From the NCBI GenBank assembly GCA_965199825.1, contig OZ241329.1, positions 1 to 64,000 of the forward strand: a DNA stretch of 64,000 nt. Reading direction: 5' to 3'. Shown piece by piece: positions 29,984-40,602 of this stretch. Within the stretch, counting starts at the first letter, position 1; every line of letters begins with the position of its first letter. A program made the translations under genes and the position numbers. The notes beneath the pieces were generated by a model. That model made no database searches and was not told the DNA's origin. It worked only from the letters and a program-made list of their open reading frames with translations. The DNA is from Bdellovibrionales bacterium. GTDB lineage: Bacteria > Bdellovibrionota > Bdellovibrionia > Bdellovibrionales > UBA1609.

Positions 29984-31684
29984 TTACCCTTTAACCGAGG
30001 TGAGCTTTTTAATATCAAAGCGTTGAACCAAAAATTCGAGCAGAGTCCGCGAAAAAAACACACCCGTAAAAAGTGATGTCACAATCCCAGCAATCAGAGT
30101 GACCGCAAAGCCTTTGACCGGACCGGTCCCGTAATAGAGTAAAACCGCACAGGTCGAAACCGCGGTGATGCTTGAGTCAAAAATGGCGGTAAAGGCATGC
30201 GAAAATCCTTCGCGAATCGCTGTCTTGGTGGTGGCTCCCCGAGCGATCTCTTCTTTGATCCGTTCAAAAATAATCACGTTGGCATCCACCGCCATCCCCA
30301 CCGTGAGCGCAAGACCTGCGATTCCGGGAAGGGTGAGAGTTGCGCCAAGAGATGTTAAGATCGCAACAGTCAAAAGAAAATTAAAGATCAGTGACATGTC
30401 AGCCACAAAACCCAAAGTGCGATAATACAAAAGCATAAAAATTAAAATCAAACAGCATCCGGTCACAGCCGCTGTTGCGCCCGCTTTGACCGAATCGGCT
30501 CCAAGACTTGGACCCACCGTTCGTTCTTCGAGCTGTTCAAGAGCTGCAGGAAGTGCTCCCGCACGCAATACAGTAGCTAAGAAATTGGCTTCGTTGAGAG
30601 TTTCATTATAATTTCCACGACCCAAGCTGATTTGACCGTTGTCGGTAATTTTCGCCTGAATGGTGGGAGCCGACTGAATCACATCATCAAGAACAATCGC
30701 CATACTCTGACGCAAGTTTTTTCCGGTGAGTTCGCCAAACTGATTGCGCCCTTCAGACGAAATCTTAAACGAAACTTGGGGCAGGCCCATTTCGCCCGCA
30801 CTGACGCGAGCATCTTCTAGAAGTTCGCCGCCCACTTTCATATCGGTTTTCAATAAGAATGGAATCTTGCCGGCTTCGATTGTCAAAGCGGCTTGATTTT
30901 TTTGAAAAGCAATTTGCATGTTTGGGGGAATCTTTGATTTTAAATCTTCATTCACCCGTTTGACATACTTGTTGTACTGAAGACCCTCTTTACCAAGAGC
31001 GTAGTTGCCGTCGGTCTCGGCCTTTTTGATCATCTCGTCTAATTTTTGGGGCTCAATATCATGGGCAACAATTTGAAAAGCCAAACGTGCGGTGCGGTTG
31101 ATCAATTCTTTAGCTCGGGCTGCATCTTTAACACCTGGAAGTTGAACGACAATGCGGTTTGAACCTTGAGCCGCAATGATTGGCTCAGCCACACCAAACT
31201 CATCGATCCGATTTCGCAAAACACCGATCGCTTGATCAATAATTTGCTTGCGAGTTTCTTCGATCCGAGCCGAAAGATACTGAATCCGTAAACTTGAACC
31301 TTCGTTCGCAATTTGAAGAGCTGCGGGATAATTTCGATTGAGGTAAGCTTGAACTTTTTTAATGTCTTCGGGACTTGAGGCCGAAACCAAAACCTGGTTT
31401 TTGTCTTGAGGGTCAACTTTGGAAGTCACACCCGTCACACCATCGCGACTGAGATCGTCACCAATCACTTTTGCCATGCGGATCATCTTTTCGCCAATGA
31501 CGCCGTCGACATCAACACCCATCACAAGATGAGTCCCGCCTTGAATGTCTAGGCCGTAGATAATCTTGTCGCGTGAAAACCACCAGTTGTCTGGAACTTT
31601 AATAAAATTGGGTAAAACATAAATCAGGGTACAAATAAAAACGATAAAGCAAATGACGATACGGGTACGGAGATTTTCGATCAT
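29984..31684 (-). CDS. secD: Protein translocase subunit SecD
   Basis: GLDIQGG, RIDEFGVAEP, GMAVDANVIIFERIKEE. Confidence 0.96.
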   Translation of the reverse strand: MIENLRTRIVICFIVFICTLIYVLPNFIKVPDNWWFSRDKIIYGLDIQGGTHLVMGVDVDGVIGEKMIRMAKVIGDDLSRDGVTGVTSKVDPQDKNQVLVSASSPEDIKKVQAYLNRNYPAALQIANEGSSLRIQYLSARIEETRKQIIDQAIGVLRNRIDEFGVAEPIIAAQGSNRIVVQLPGVKDAARAKELINRTARLAFQIVAHDIEPQKLDEMIKKAETDGNYALGKEGLQYNKYVKRVNEDLKSKIPPNMQIAFQKNQAALTIEAGKIPFLLKTDMKVGGELLEDARVSAGEMGLPQVSFKISSEGRNQFGELTGKNLRQSMAIVLDDVIQSAPTIQAKITDNGQISLGRGNYNETLNEANFLATVLRAGALPAALEQLEERTVGPSLGADSVKAGATAAVTGCCLILIFMLLYYRTLGFVADMSLIFNFLLTVAILTSLGATLTLPGIAGLALTVGMAVDANVIIFERIKEEIARGATTKTAIREGFSHAFTAIFDSSITAVSTCAVLLYYGTGPVKGFAVTLIAGIVTSLFTGVFFSRTLLEFLVQRFDIKKLTSVKG

Positions 31685-32001
31685 TTTTTTTCCTCAGATT
31701 CTTTAGCGGGCCCAGCAATTTGTGATCGCAAAATGCGAACACGTACACCACTTGCAATTTCTAAAGTTGCAAATTGCTCGGTTAAGCCCTCAATGGTTCC
31801 AAGTATCCCACCCGCGGTCAAGACTGCATCACCACGTTTTAAACTTTGTAGGAAAGTGGCGACGGTCTTTTGCTTTTTTTGTTGGGGGCGAATCAAGAGA
31901 AAATAAAAAACCACAAAGATAAAAACAAAGGGCATGGCTTGCTCAAGCATGCCTGGCGTTGCGCCAGCAGCCGCGGTTTGGGCCCAAGCGGAATTGAACA
32001 T
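31681..32001 (-). CDS. yajC: Preprotein translocase subunit YajC
   Basis: FYFLLIRPQQKK, GDAVLTAGG; AGGAGG RBS before 32001. Confidence 0.93.
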   Translation of the reverse strand: MFNSAWAQTAAAGATPGMLEQAMPFVFIFVVFYFLLIRPQQKKQKTVATFLQSLKRGDAVLTAGGILGTIEGLTEQFATLEIASGVRVRILRSQIAGPAKESEEKK

Positions 32002-32051
32002 GAATCCTCCTAAAATCAAAAGGGTAAAAACAACATCAGTGGGTTTAAAAA

Positions 32052-34162
<2,111 letters not shown>

Positions 34163-34164
34163 CG

Positions 34165-34188
34165 AAAAAGCGGTGTAGAACGCTTTTT
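34165..34188. terminator. Hairpin AAAAAGCG-N8-CGCTTTTT just upstream of queA
   Basis: Perfect 8-bp inverted repeat; overlaps a possible TAGACT-N17-TACACC promoter on the minus strand. Confidence 0.4.
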
Positions 34189-34218
34189 GCTAAAAGTCTA
34201 TTGAGGTGTTTGAAAAGG

Positions 34219-34262
34219 CTATTCAGCCTTTGCAATTGGGCTATTCAGCCTTTGCGATTTGG
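34219..34262. repeat. 22-bp tandem duplication of the 3' end of the DUF3332 gene
   Basis: CTATTCAGCCTTTGCAATTGGG / CTATTCAGCCTTTGCGATTTGG. Confidence 0.85.
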
Positions 34263-34771
34263 CTGTCATTCCAAAGAGCGTGGGTCTTGATGGTCTCACC
34301 TTTTTTATTGTAGAGGCTCAAAACAGGGATTTGGGTGATATCGGAGATGGTCCCTTTGAGTAGACCGTCCACGATCACATCGATCTTAAAATTTTCGATT
34401 TCGCGCAAAACCATTGTTTCAAGCGGTTTGCCCTGTTCTGAAATCCGAATGGTCGACTCGCGCAGTTTGTTATTGAACCGATGCTCGACCACATAGGTCT
34501 TGGTTCCATGATTAAAATTGTAAGTGCCTGCAGCCATACGGCCATTCCAAAAATCCATGGTGTTATTGAGCACCACATCCACCAGCATCGTCACCGCAAA
34601 GACCACTGAGGTCAAAATGTAAAGGACCACGCGAATGATCACTTCTTGCTTATTCACAAATGAAGCGTATTGCCGGGTGAGTTTAAAACTTCCCGAGACA
34701 CATCCGGTAAGACCCAAGATAAAAGACGCCCATAAGGAAACCGCTAAATACGAAATTTTTTTGTTTGTCAT
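34241..34771 (-). CDS. DUF3332-like lipoprotein
   Basis: LTGC lipobox; GSFKLT...DVVLNNTMDFW motif. Confidence 0.75.
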   Translation of the reverse strand: MTNKKISYLAVSLWASFILGLTGCVSGSFKLTRQYASFVNKQEVIIRVVLYILTSVVFAVTMLVDVVLNNTMDFWNGRMAAGTYNFNHGTKTYVVEHRFNNKLRESTIRISEQGKPLETMVLREIENFKIDVIVDGLLKGTISDITQIPVLSLYNKKGETIKTHALWNDSQIAKAE

Positions 34772-34838
34772 GAAGCGATCATATCGAATCGGCCAAGAAC
34801 GCCAAATCCTTTCATCAATTCTAGACTGCAGTCTGTGC

Positions 34839-36059
34839 TCAGTGCGGAATTGAGCTTACCAAGACATCGTAAACACCGGCTTGATAAACTGGATCTTTAA
34901 AACAAGTTCCTTTAGCAGTGAGCACGTCGGTGACGGTGACGCGAGTCTGGCCATAAAGCGATTTGCAGCTTAAACAATTTAAGTTTGTAGAAGTACAAAA
35001 TGCTCTGGCACTTTGGCGTTGGCAGTAACCGAGGTTTACCAATCCATGTGCTTGGAGAATAGCGCTCCCCATAGTGTAGGACGAGACAACTCCCCCACCG
35101 GGTTGAATGGTGCCCGAGCTAGACGTGAGCGAAGTATCATATGCTCCTTGTGCACAATAAAAATTGGTAAAGTTTTGGCAAGCCGAGGTGGTATTGCCAT
35201 CACAACTTTTTTGCAGCCCTTGAAGGCACTGCGAAGAATTGAGCATGGGTTGACCAATGCCGACTCGTTGTAAACACACAGGACCAGAAAGTGCGATGGT
35301 TGCACCGTTAACCGATGCGGTTGAGAGCGCACTTTTAGAAAGTGTGGTGAGTCCTGTTGCAGCGGTCTGGGTGGTTGGTGCTGTTGCTGTTGGTGCGGTG
35401 TATCCCGAAGGGGTTACTGCAACATCGGATGTTGGTGTTGCGGCATTTGGAGCTGTGGGATTTATTATTCTTGGTTGAGTGGGAGTGGGCGTTGTTGTGG
35501 ACGAATCTTGAGAACTTGATGACGAGCCGAATGCTTTCGACAGATTTTGAACCGCAGCAGAACCCATTTGGGCGATCATCATATTTGAAATTTCGCCGCC
35601 GGTTTCGCTCGCATTGATTGTTCCAAGAGTGTTGCAATAGGTAAGAAGACGGGTCGCCTCAGCTAAATTTTTGGTTTGGGCTGCCACGAGTGCCGGTTGA
35701 GGTGGGGCCGGCAGAGGAGCACTGATTGTCGCTTTCGAAGCGGTACACACAGATACGCATTGTCCTTTGATCGCTTGAAATTGGGCAAGCTGTGCGGCTC
35801 CTGCTGATTTTCCTGCACTTGCCAGAGCCCCAAGCTCACCCGAGCTTCCACTTATACTATTTGCCGCGCGATATTGGGCGGCGACACTTTCACTGTTGCC
35901 AAATCGCACCGCCAAGTACTGGTTGTACCCCGTGCTAATTGTTTTGTAACAGTTGTTGAGAGCAGCCGTAGCGTTGGGCTGTGCTGCATCCATGTTTGGA
36001 GGCAATGCCATCGGAATGTATTCGATAGCAAAAGCTAGAGATAAAAATAGTAAGACCAC
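34839..36059 (-). CDS. Secreted Cys-rich protein with a Ser/Thr/Pro linker
   Basis: Signal peptide; two Cys-rich regions separated by low-complexity S/T/P sequence. Confidence 0.75.
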   Translation of the reverse strand: MVLLFLSLAFAIEYIPMALPPNMDAAQPNATAALNNCYKTISTGYNQYLAVRFGNSESVAAQYRAANSISGSSGELGALASAGKSAGAAQLAQFQAIKGQCVSVCTASKATISAPLPAPPQPALVAAQTKNLAEATRLLTYCNTLGTINASETGGEISNMMIAQMGSAAVQNLSKAFGSSSSSQDSSTTTPTPTQPRIINPTAPNAATPTSDVAVTPSGYTAPTATAPTTQTAATGLTTLSKSALSTASVNGATIALSGPVCLQRVGIGQPMLNSSQCLQGLQKSCDGNTTSACQNFTNFYCAQGAYDTSLTSSSGTIQPGGGVVSSYTMGSAILQAHGLVNLGYCQRQSARAFCTSTNLNCLSCKSLYGQTRVTVTDVLTAKGTCFKDPVYQAGVYDVLVSSIPH

Positions 36060-36183
36060 ATCTAAAGTGTATCAGCTTCTCGAGATTGCTAAAATTGAAT
36101 CTCATTTTGGGCCAAGCTTTGGTCGCATAAGGATTGTGGTTGACCAAAAGCCGCCGAGTGATTAATTTTTGGCGCTTCTCCCT

Positions 36184-36269
36184 GCACGCGTGGCGAAATG
36201 GCAGACGCACTACCTTGAGGTGGTAGCGCTCGAAAGGGCATGGTGGTTCAAGTCCACTCGCGTGCACCA
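36184..36269 (+). tRNA. tRNA-Leu (anticodon GAG)
   Basis: Acceptor stem GCACGCG/CGCGTGC, TTGAGGT anticodon loop, long variable arm, GTTCAA T-loop, encoded CCA. Confidence 0.96.
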
Positions 36270-36327
36270 ATTTTAAAAATTACGGTTCGCACAAGCCCGC
36301 GTATGCGACTTCGTAAATGCGCTCACA
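36261..36327 (+). repeat. Copy 1 of a degenerate direct repeat (tRNA 3' end plus trailer)
   Basis: 36278-36327 matches 37693-37742 at 39/50 positions, ungapped; similarity extends to CGTG(C/G)ACCAA. Confidence 0.75.
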
Positions 36328-36411
36328 TTAAAGTTTAAAAGATTTGCATGTTTTGTTGCAACGTCATCAACAGAGTTGTGATTGCGAATTTCGGTATTGT
36401 CGCATCTCAAA

Positions 36412-37218
36412 TCAATGTCGATGATGGGCACGATGATGACCCGAACACAAAATCGTCAGATTCTCGATTTCATCTGTACCACCCTGTGATTTTGGATGTT
36501 GATGATGGATATCAAGATGTCTTTGCTGCGTGCATCTTTCACCATTTTCATCGATGTGGGTACATTGACTGTTGTGTTGCTGATGGAGCTTACGGTTGAT
36601 TGTGAGTTTCGAAGAGCTTTTGGGCGGGCACGATTTTTTGAGCGGATCCATTTTCTTAAGTAATAGTTGTGTTGCGTGATCGTGCACATCTTGGATGGTA
36701 GCAGCGCGTTTTAGTTTTTGACTTAAAAGATCTTGGGCTCTTTGAATCTCTTTAAATTTATCTTCGCTCACCGCATAAGTGATTTGGATCAAGGTTGTTT
36801 CGCCCACCTGTTTGTATCGTGCCCGCTCAGGGATTGCTTTTTCGGGATGCGCCTTTGCAATTTGTTTTTCTAAATTTCTTTTTGTGCCCTTGGCATGTTC
36901 GCACCATTCAAGCACATTTTCTGGAGTGATAATACTTGCGATGCGGTTAATTTTAGAAACAGAAAGTTCGCCCGTTTCCATTTGAGTTTTAAGTTCAGGA
37001 ACTTCAGTAAATTTCTTGGCGAGTTTATTAAAGATGCTTGCAAGCTCTTCTGACATTTTGAGTTGCTTTGTCGAGTATTGAAAAAGCGAATGACAGCCAA
37101 ATTCGTAATAACTTTTGTTGCGCCACACTTGCTCTAAAGCATTCAGCAATTCCATTTCGGTTTTGCGATGGTTCTTTGCTGCGATCACTGCGGTCTCGTG
37201 AATTTTTTGGTGGCTCAT
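36412..37218 (-). CDS. HNH endonuclease with a DUF222-like helical N-terminal region
   Basis: N-terminal GCHSLFQYS...L.MSE and GELSVSK; C-terminal C-x9-C...HHQHPKSQGG...NLTILCSGHH; AGGAG RBS. Confidence 0.88.
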   Translation of the reverse strand: MSHQKIHETAVIAAKNHRKTEMELLNALEQVWRNKSYYEFGCHSLFQYSTKQLKMSEELASIFNKLAKKFTEVPELKTQMETGELSVSKINRIASIITPENVLEWCEHAKGTKRNLEKQIAKAHPEKAIPERARYKQVGETTLIQITYAVSEDKFKEIQRAQDLLSQKLKRAATIQDVHDHATQLLLKKMDPLKKSCPPKSSSKLTINRKLHQQHNSQCTHIDENGERCTQQRHLDIHHQHPKSQGGTDEIENLTILCSGHHRAHHRH

Positions 37219-37428
37219 TAAATATCTCCTATTTACTGAGTTAAATATAACATGAGTTTTTTTAAGAGCATTTTTGATGGGGCTCGTCTGGTTGTGGAGA
37301 TCAAGTTTTTGCCGAAGTGTTTGGCTTAAGGTGCGTTTGTGAAGTGAATGTGCTTCAAAAAAGAATCGGATGTTTTCAAAAACAAGACCTTGGGCATTTT
37401 AAGCCACCTAAATTTGCGTCAATTTTTT

Positions 37429-37445
37429 TTTTGGGCGGGCACGAT
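37429..37445. repeat. 17-bp repeat TTTTGGGCGGGCACGAT, identical to 36618-36634 inside the HNH gene
   Basis: Exact match; the core GCGGGCACGAT also occurs at 38032-38042 and, inverted, at 36816-36826. Confidence 0.85.
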
Positions 37446-37677
37446 AATTTATCAATCCAAATAATGGCCACAACAAATTTCTAGTTCCCACGCCGTGGGT
37501 CCAATCCCACTCACTACTGTAGACTTCTTTTTTCGCAAGGATTGCTAAAACGAGAGGCGATTTCCTCTATGATCAAACGTAGGCTTGCCAGCTGAGTTAA
37601 ATCAACTTTGACACCATTCCATCGCAACAATACCGTTATAACTGCTTGCATCTAGCATTTCACCTGCTTGTACGTTA

Positions 37678-37742
37678 CGTGGACCAACTTAGAATTACGG
37701 TTTGCACAACACTGAGTATGCAACTTTGTATGTGCTCTCAAA
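37678..37742 (+). repeat. Copy 2 of the degenerate direct repeat (att-like)
   Basis: CGTGGACCAACTTAGAATTACGGTTTGCACAAC... versus CGTGCACCAATTTTAAAAATTACGGTTCGCACAAG... Confidence 0.7.
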
Positions 37743-37768
37743 ACAACGAATAAAACAATTTTTAAATT

Positions 37769-38217
37769 CTAATGGTTGCGAGGCTCAGACCCACGAGCAA
37801 AAAGTTTATCTTTTTTTAGAAAAGCATTGATACCCCTTACGTAGGGATTCCAAAGTCATCGCTCAGCTTCATCGGGTTTGATGGTCTTTTCCATTTTCAT
37901 AACCGCATCATCATAGTTTCCAGCCAATGCAGTGCTTTGACCGCTATGCCATACGAGAAGATCCCATTGCCATTTTTAGAGCACATTGAGGTGACGAGAT
38001 GTGTAAGCATCAAGAAGTTCACGAACAAGTTGCGGGCACGATTGATACTTTCGCCAGCCGCCGCTTGGAAGTGATTGATCAAACGAATCAAAATCAAATT
38101 GAGTAATTCCACTTGCTCTGACTTTGAAATTTGGCATGACTCATGGTTCGAAATATCCTGTCTTATGGCCGTGTGCGAACAGGCGTTAAGAAGAAAAATA
38201 TTTAACAATAAAAACAT
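37769..38217 (-). pseudogene. Disrupted lipoprotein gene
   Basis: LNAC lipobox; frameshift near 38095 into DFDSFDQSLPSGGWR; in-frame TAA near 37977; second shift near 37858 into WNPYVRGINAFLKKD. Confidence 0.7.
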
Positions 38218-38253
38218 AGTCGCTTTCGAGTCCACCCAGACCAAAGAAAAAAA

Positions 38254-38592
38254 TTATTTTTTAGTTTTAGTCTTTTGATAGCGCTCAAGTAAACGCGATC
38301 CCTTCTCTGCAAGTTTTTTTGCAGCCGCCATTGTTTTTGGAACAGCCTCACCCCAGGCATGTGCCGAAAGTGCAAGTCGTGTTGGGTTGCCGTCTTTGTC
38401 TTTCATTGGTCCACGTGGGTTTGCAAAATGCCTGCGCAAAAAAGAACCTTTGCGACGCATTTTTTCTGGCGTGTCGGCTTTGCCCGTCACACCGGGTTTT
38501 AGATTTGCGCCCGTTTTCTTTTTAAATTCTTTGCGACCCGCTTCGGTGAGACCGCCTTTAGGATTTTTTGTCTGCTTCTTTTTTGTAGCCAT
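38254..38592 (-). CDS. Small basic DUF6321-like protein
   Basis: KNPKGGLTEAGR...RRKGSF...GPMKDKDGNPTRLAL...W; family name from recall. Confidence 0.7.
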   Translation of the reverse strand: MATKKKQTKNPKGGLTEAGRKEFKKKTGANLKPGVTGKADTPEKMRRKGSFLRRHFANPRGPMKDKDGNPTRLALSAHAWGEAVPKTMAAAKKLAEKGSRLLERYQKTKTKK

Positions 38593-38750
38593 GGTGAATC
38601 CTTTTAATCAGTTGAGTAGCTAATGTAATAAAAAACGCGATAAACAAAATTCGGGAGTTTTTATAACTCCACCTTCTGAATTAATCCAGACATATTAAGT
38701 CTTTCCTTTGTGATTGATATTTAAAATTTGATCCGCTTAAATTTAAAGTT

Positions 38751-39314
38751 ATGAAATACACTTTATTGTTTTCGTTTATGATGTGGACTTCTCCTCTTTT
38801 TGCAGCGGCATGGGGTCAGCAAGAACAAGATGGATTTTTGGCTTTGGTGGAAGCTGGATTTGATCCTGACGAGATGGATGATCGATCCTTGCGCGAAGCC
38901 GGATTGCTAAAACTTTATCAGTCGGCGTGGAATGATTTTGATCCCAATGAAAACCAAAGTTCTAATCCTAAAAAAATAATTTCTTATTATGCCGATGATT
39001 TTATTTATCGCGATACCTGTGTTCCACATGGGCTCACTACTCCAGCAAAATTCGATAAATATCTCAAACTTTTATATACCAAATATCCGCGACAAGTTTG
39101 GGGCGATGGTTGGAGTCAGATTCATCTCTTTAAAGGATCAAAACCTGGTGAGTGGGCCTACTACTATAATTTTTATTTATACAATTCCAAGGATACAGAA
39201 CCTGCATTGAGTGGTACTGGAATGGAACGCGTTCAATTCAATGAAGCCGGCAAACTCCTCAGTGATGAGGTCCATCTCATACTGAGCTCGGGTCAGGCCA
39301 CCTGCAAATTCTAA
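38751..39314 (+). CDS. Secreted NTF2/SnoaL-like protein
   Basis: YYADDFIYRD and GMERVQFNEAGKL motifs; signal peptide. Confidence 0.72.
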   Translation: MKYTLLFSFMMWTSPLFAAAWGQQEQDGFLALVEAGFDPDEMDDRSLREAGLLKLYQSAWNDFDPNENQSSNPKKIISYYADDFIYRDTCVPHGLTTPAKFDKYLKLLYTKYPRQVWGDGWSQIHLFKGSKPGEWAYYYNFYLYNSKDTEPALSGTGMERVQFNEAGKLLSDEVHLILSSGQATCKF

Positions 39315-39394
39315 ATGTTTGAATATTTTTTTATCAAACAGATTTTATTAAACTAAATATTGTAAAGACAGATTCGGTCATTTAACTGCCAGGT

Positions 39395-40063
39395 ATGGTG
39401 TTCATCTCTCTTTTGTTTTTGAATTTCGCTTTTGCCCATTCTCCCTGTTTGGATCCACTCAGTGCGATCAGACCACAAGTTGTTTTGGCTACAGCTCTTA
39501 AACGCAGCCACACAAAATTTGAAACCGCTCCAGCATATTCTGTGGTTAAAAAAACCACGCCGGTGGGGATGCTTATAGCTCCAAGTTTGTGGGACCTAGT
39601 GAAGAGCGAACACTTTACTCTTCATGTCAGACCGGCTTCAACACTGACTGTGAGTGCGACGAGTATTTTTCAAAATTTAGGCCTTTACGATGCTGTGATT
39701 TACACCGATAAAAAAGAAAAAATTGAGGCCGTGTTGCTTCATCCGGAACTCTTGGATTGGAAAAGCTACGATCTTAATCAGAACGATTGGTCTTTTAATA
39801 GATTTACAAACGAACTTCCGCTCGCGATGAAAACGGTACTGCTCGAGAACAAAATTTTAAAACTGACTCATCGACACAAATTGCCGTTATTGGTTCGTAA
39901 ATTAGCGACAGACGAACTTCCTCCACAGGCGATCACGGCTGCTGAGTTTAAAACTGAAATTTTCCGTCTGCTTAATCAAGTGACTGAGACCAATTCTCCA
40001 GTATTTTTTAAAATACAAGGCAGCTATGTCGGTGTTTATCCCGATTCGCCTGAATTCAATTGA
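39395..40063 (+). CDS. Secreted protein with tandem Phd/YefM-like modules
   Basis: Signal peptide ending AFA; C-terminal ITAAEFKTEIFRLLNQVTETNSPV is Phd-like, with three weaker upstream units. Confidence 0.6.
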   Translation: MVFISLLFLNFAFAHSPCLDPLSAIRPQVVLATALKRSHTKFETAPAYSVVKKTTPVGMLIAPSLWDLVKSEHFTLHVRPASTLTVSATSIFQNLGLYDAVIYTDKKEKIEAVLLHPELLDWKSYDLNQNDWSFNRFTNELPLAMKTVLLENKILKLTHRHKLPLLVRKLATDELPPQAITAAEFKTEIFRLLNQVTETNSPVFFKIQGSYVGVYPDSPEFN

Positions 40064-40530
40064 GCCTCAATCTGTGAACGAAGGTTGAGCGGATCCACAC
40101 GCGAAGCAAATCGCGACACCACCTCACCCTTTTGCGAAATCAAAAATTTAGTAAAATTCCATTTTATAAATTTTGTTCCAAACAAACCTGGCTTTTGATC
40201 TTTGAGCCACTTGTAGATTGGATCAGCTTTTGGGCCGTTGACATTGATCTTTGCTAAAACCGGAAAGGTCACCGCAAAGTGGGTTTTGCAAAAGTTTTGA
40301 ATCTCTTTGTTGCTGCCCGATTCTTGAGCGCCAAACTGATTGCATGGAAATCCAAGTACAACAAAGCCTTTTGACTGATAATCTTTGTAGAGCTGCTCAA
40401 GCTCCTTGTACTGCTTTGTAAATCCACAGCGGCTAGCCACATTGACAATCAATATCACTTTTTTGCGGTAGGTTTTGAGTGAGAGTTTTGATCCGTCGCT
40501 TTTTTTAACATCAAAGTCGTAGAGCTTCAT
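40036..40530 (-). CDS. Glutathione peroxidase (Cys type)
   Basis: NVASRCG, GFPCNQFG, WNFTKFL. Confidence 0.95.
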   Translation of the reverse strand: MKLYDFDVKKSDGSKLSLKTYRKKVILIVNVASRCGFTKQYKELEQLYKDYQSKGFVVLGFPCNQFGAQESGSNKEIQNFCKTHFAVTFPVLAKINVNGPKADPIYKWLKDQKPGLFGTKFIKWNFTKFLISQKGEVVSRFASRVDPLNLRSQIEAQLNSGESG

Positions 40531-40602
40531 CCTTCATTCAGACCATTAGGCTTTAAGAAAAGCAACTGACTCTGCAGGAGTTTTGATTTAGTTCTCGTCG
40601 CC

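Noticed and set aside
34163..34240. preQ1 riboswitch upstream of queA
   Set aside because: No preQ1 consensus; the hairpin fits a terminator or promoter better.
35935..36270. 111-aa minus-strand ORF
   Set aside because: Antisense shadow of tRNA-Leu.
36412..37218. IscB/Cas9/TnpB-type RNA-guided nuclease
   Set aside because: No PLMP or RuvC motifs; only a C-terminal HNH domain on a helical N-terminus.
37450..37690. Coding remnant on the minus strand (VGPRNVQAGEMLD...)
   Set aside because: Short, interrupted by stops and not recognisable; cannot be supported without a search.
36270..37900. CRISPR array or regularly spaced guide array near the HNH gene
   Set aside because: Repeats are few, irregularly spaced and partly intragenic; no repeat-spacer periodicity and no cas genes.
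36184..40063. Prophage or integrative conjugative element at tRNA-Leu
   Set aside because: No integrase, structural or conjugation genes; only a small accessory islet.
40036..40530. Selenocysteine glutathione peroxidase
   Set aside because: The active site is a normal Cys codon (ASRCG) in an uninterrupted frame.
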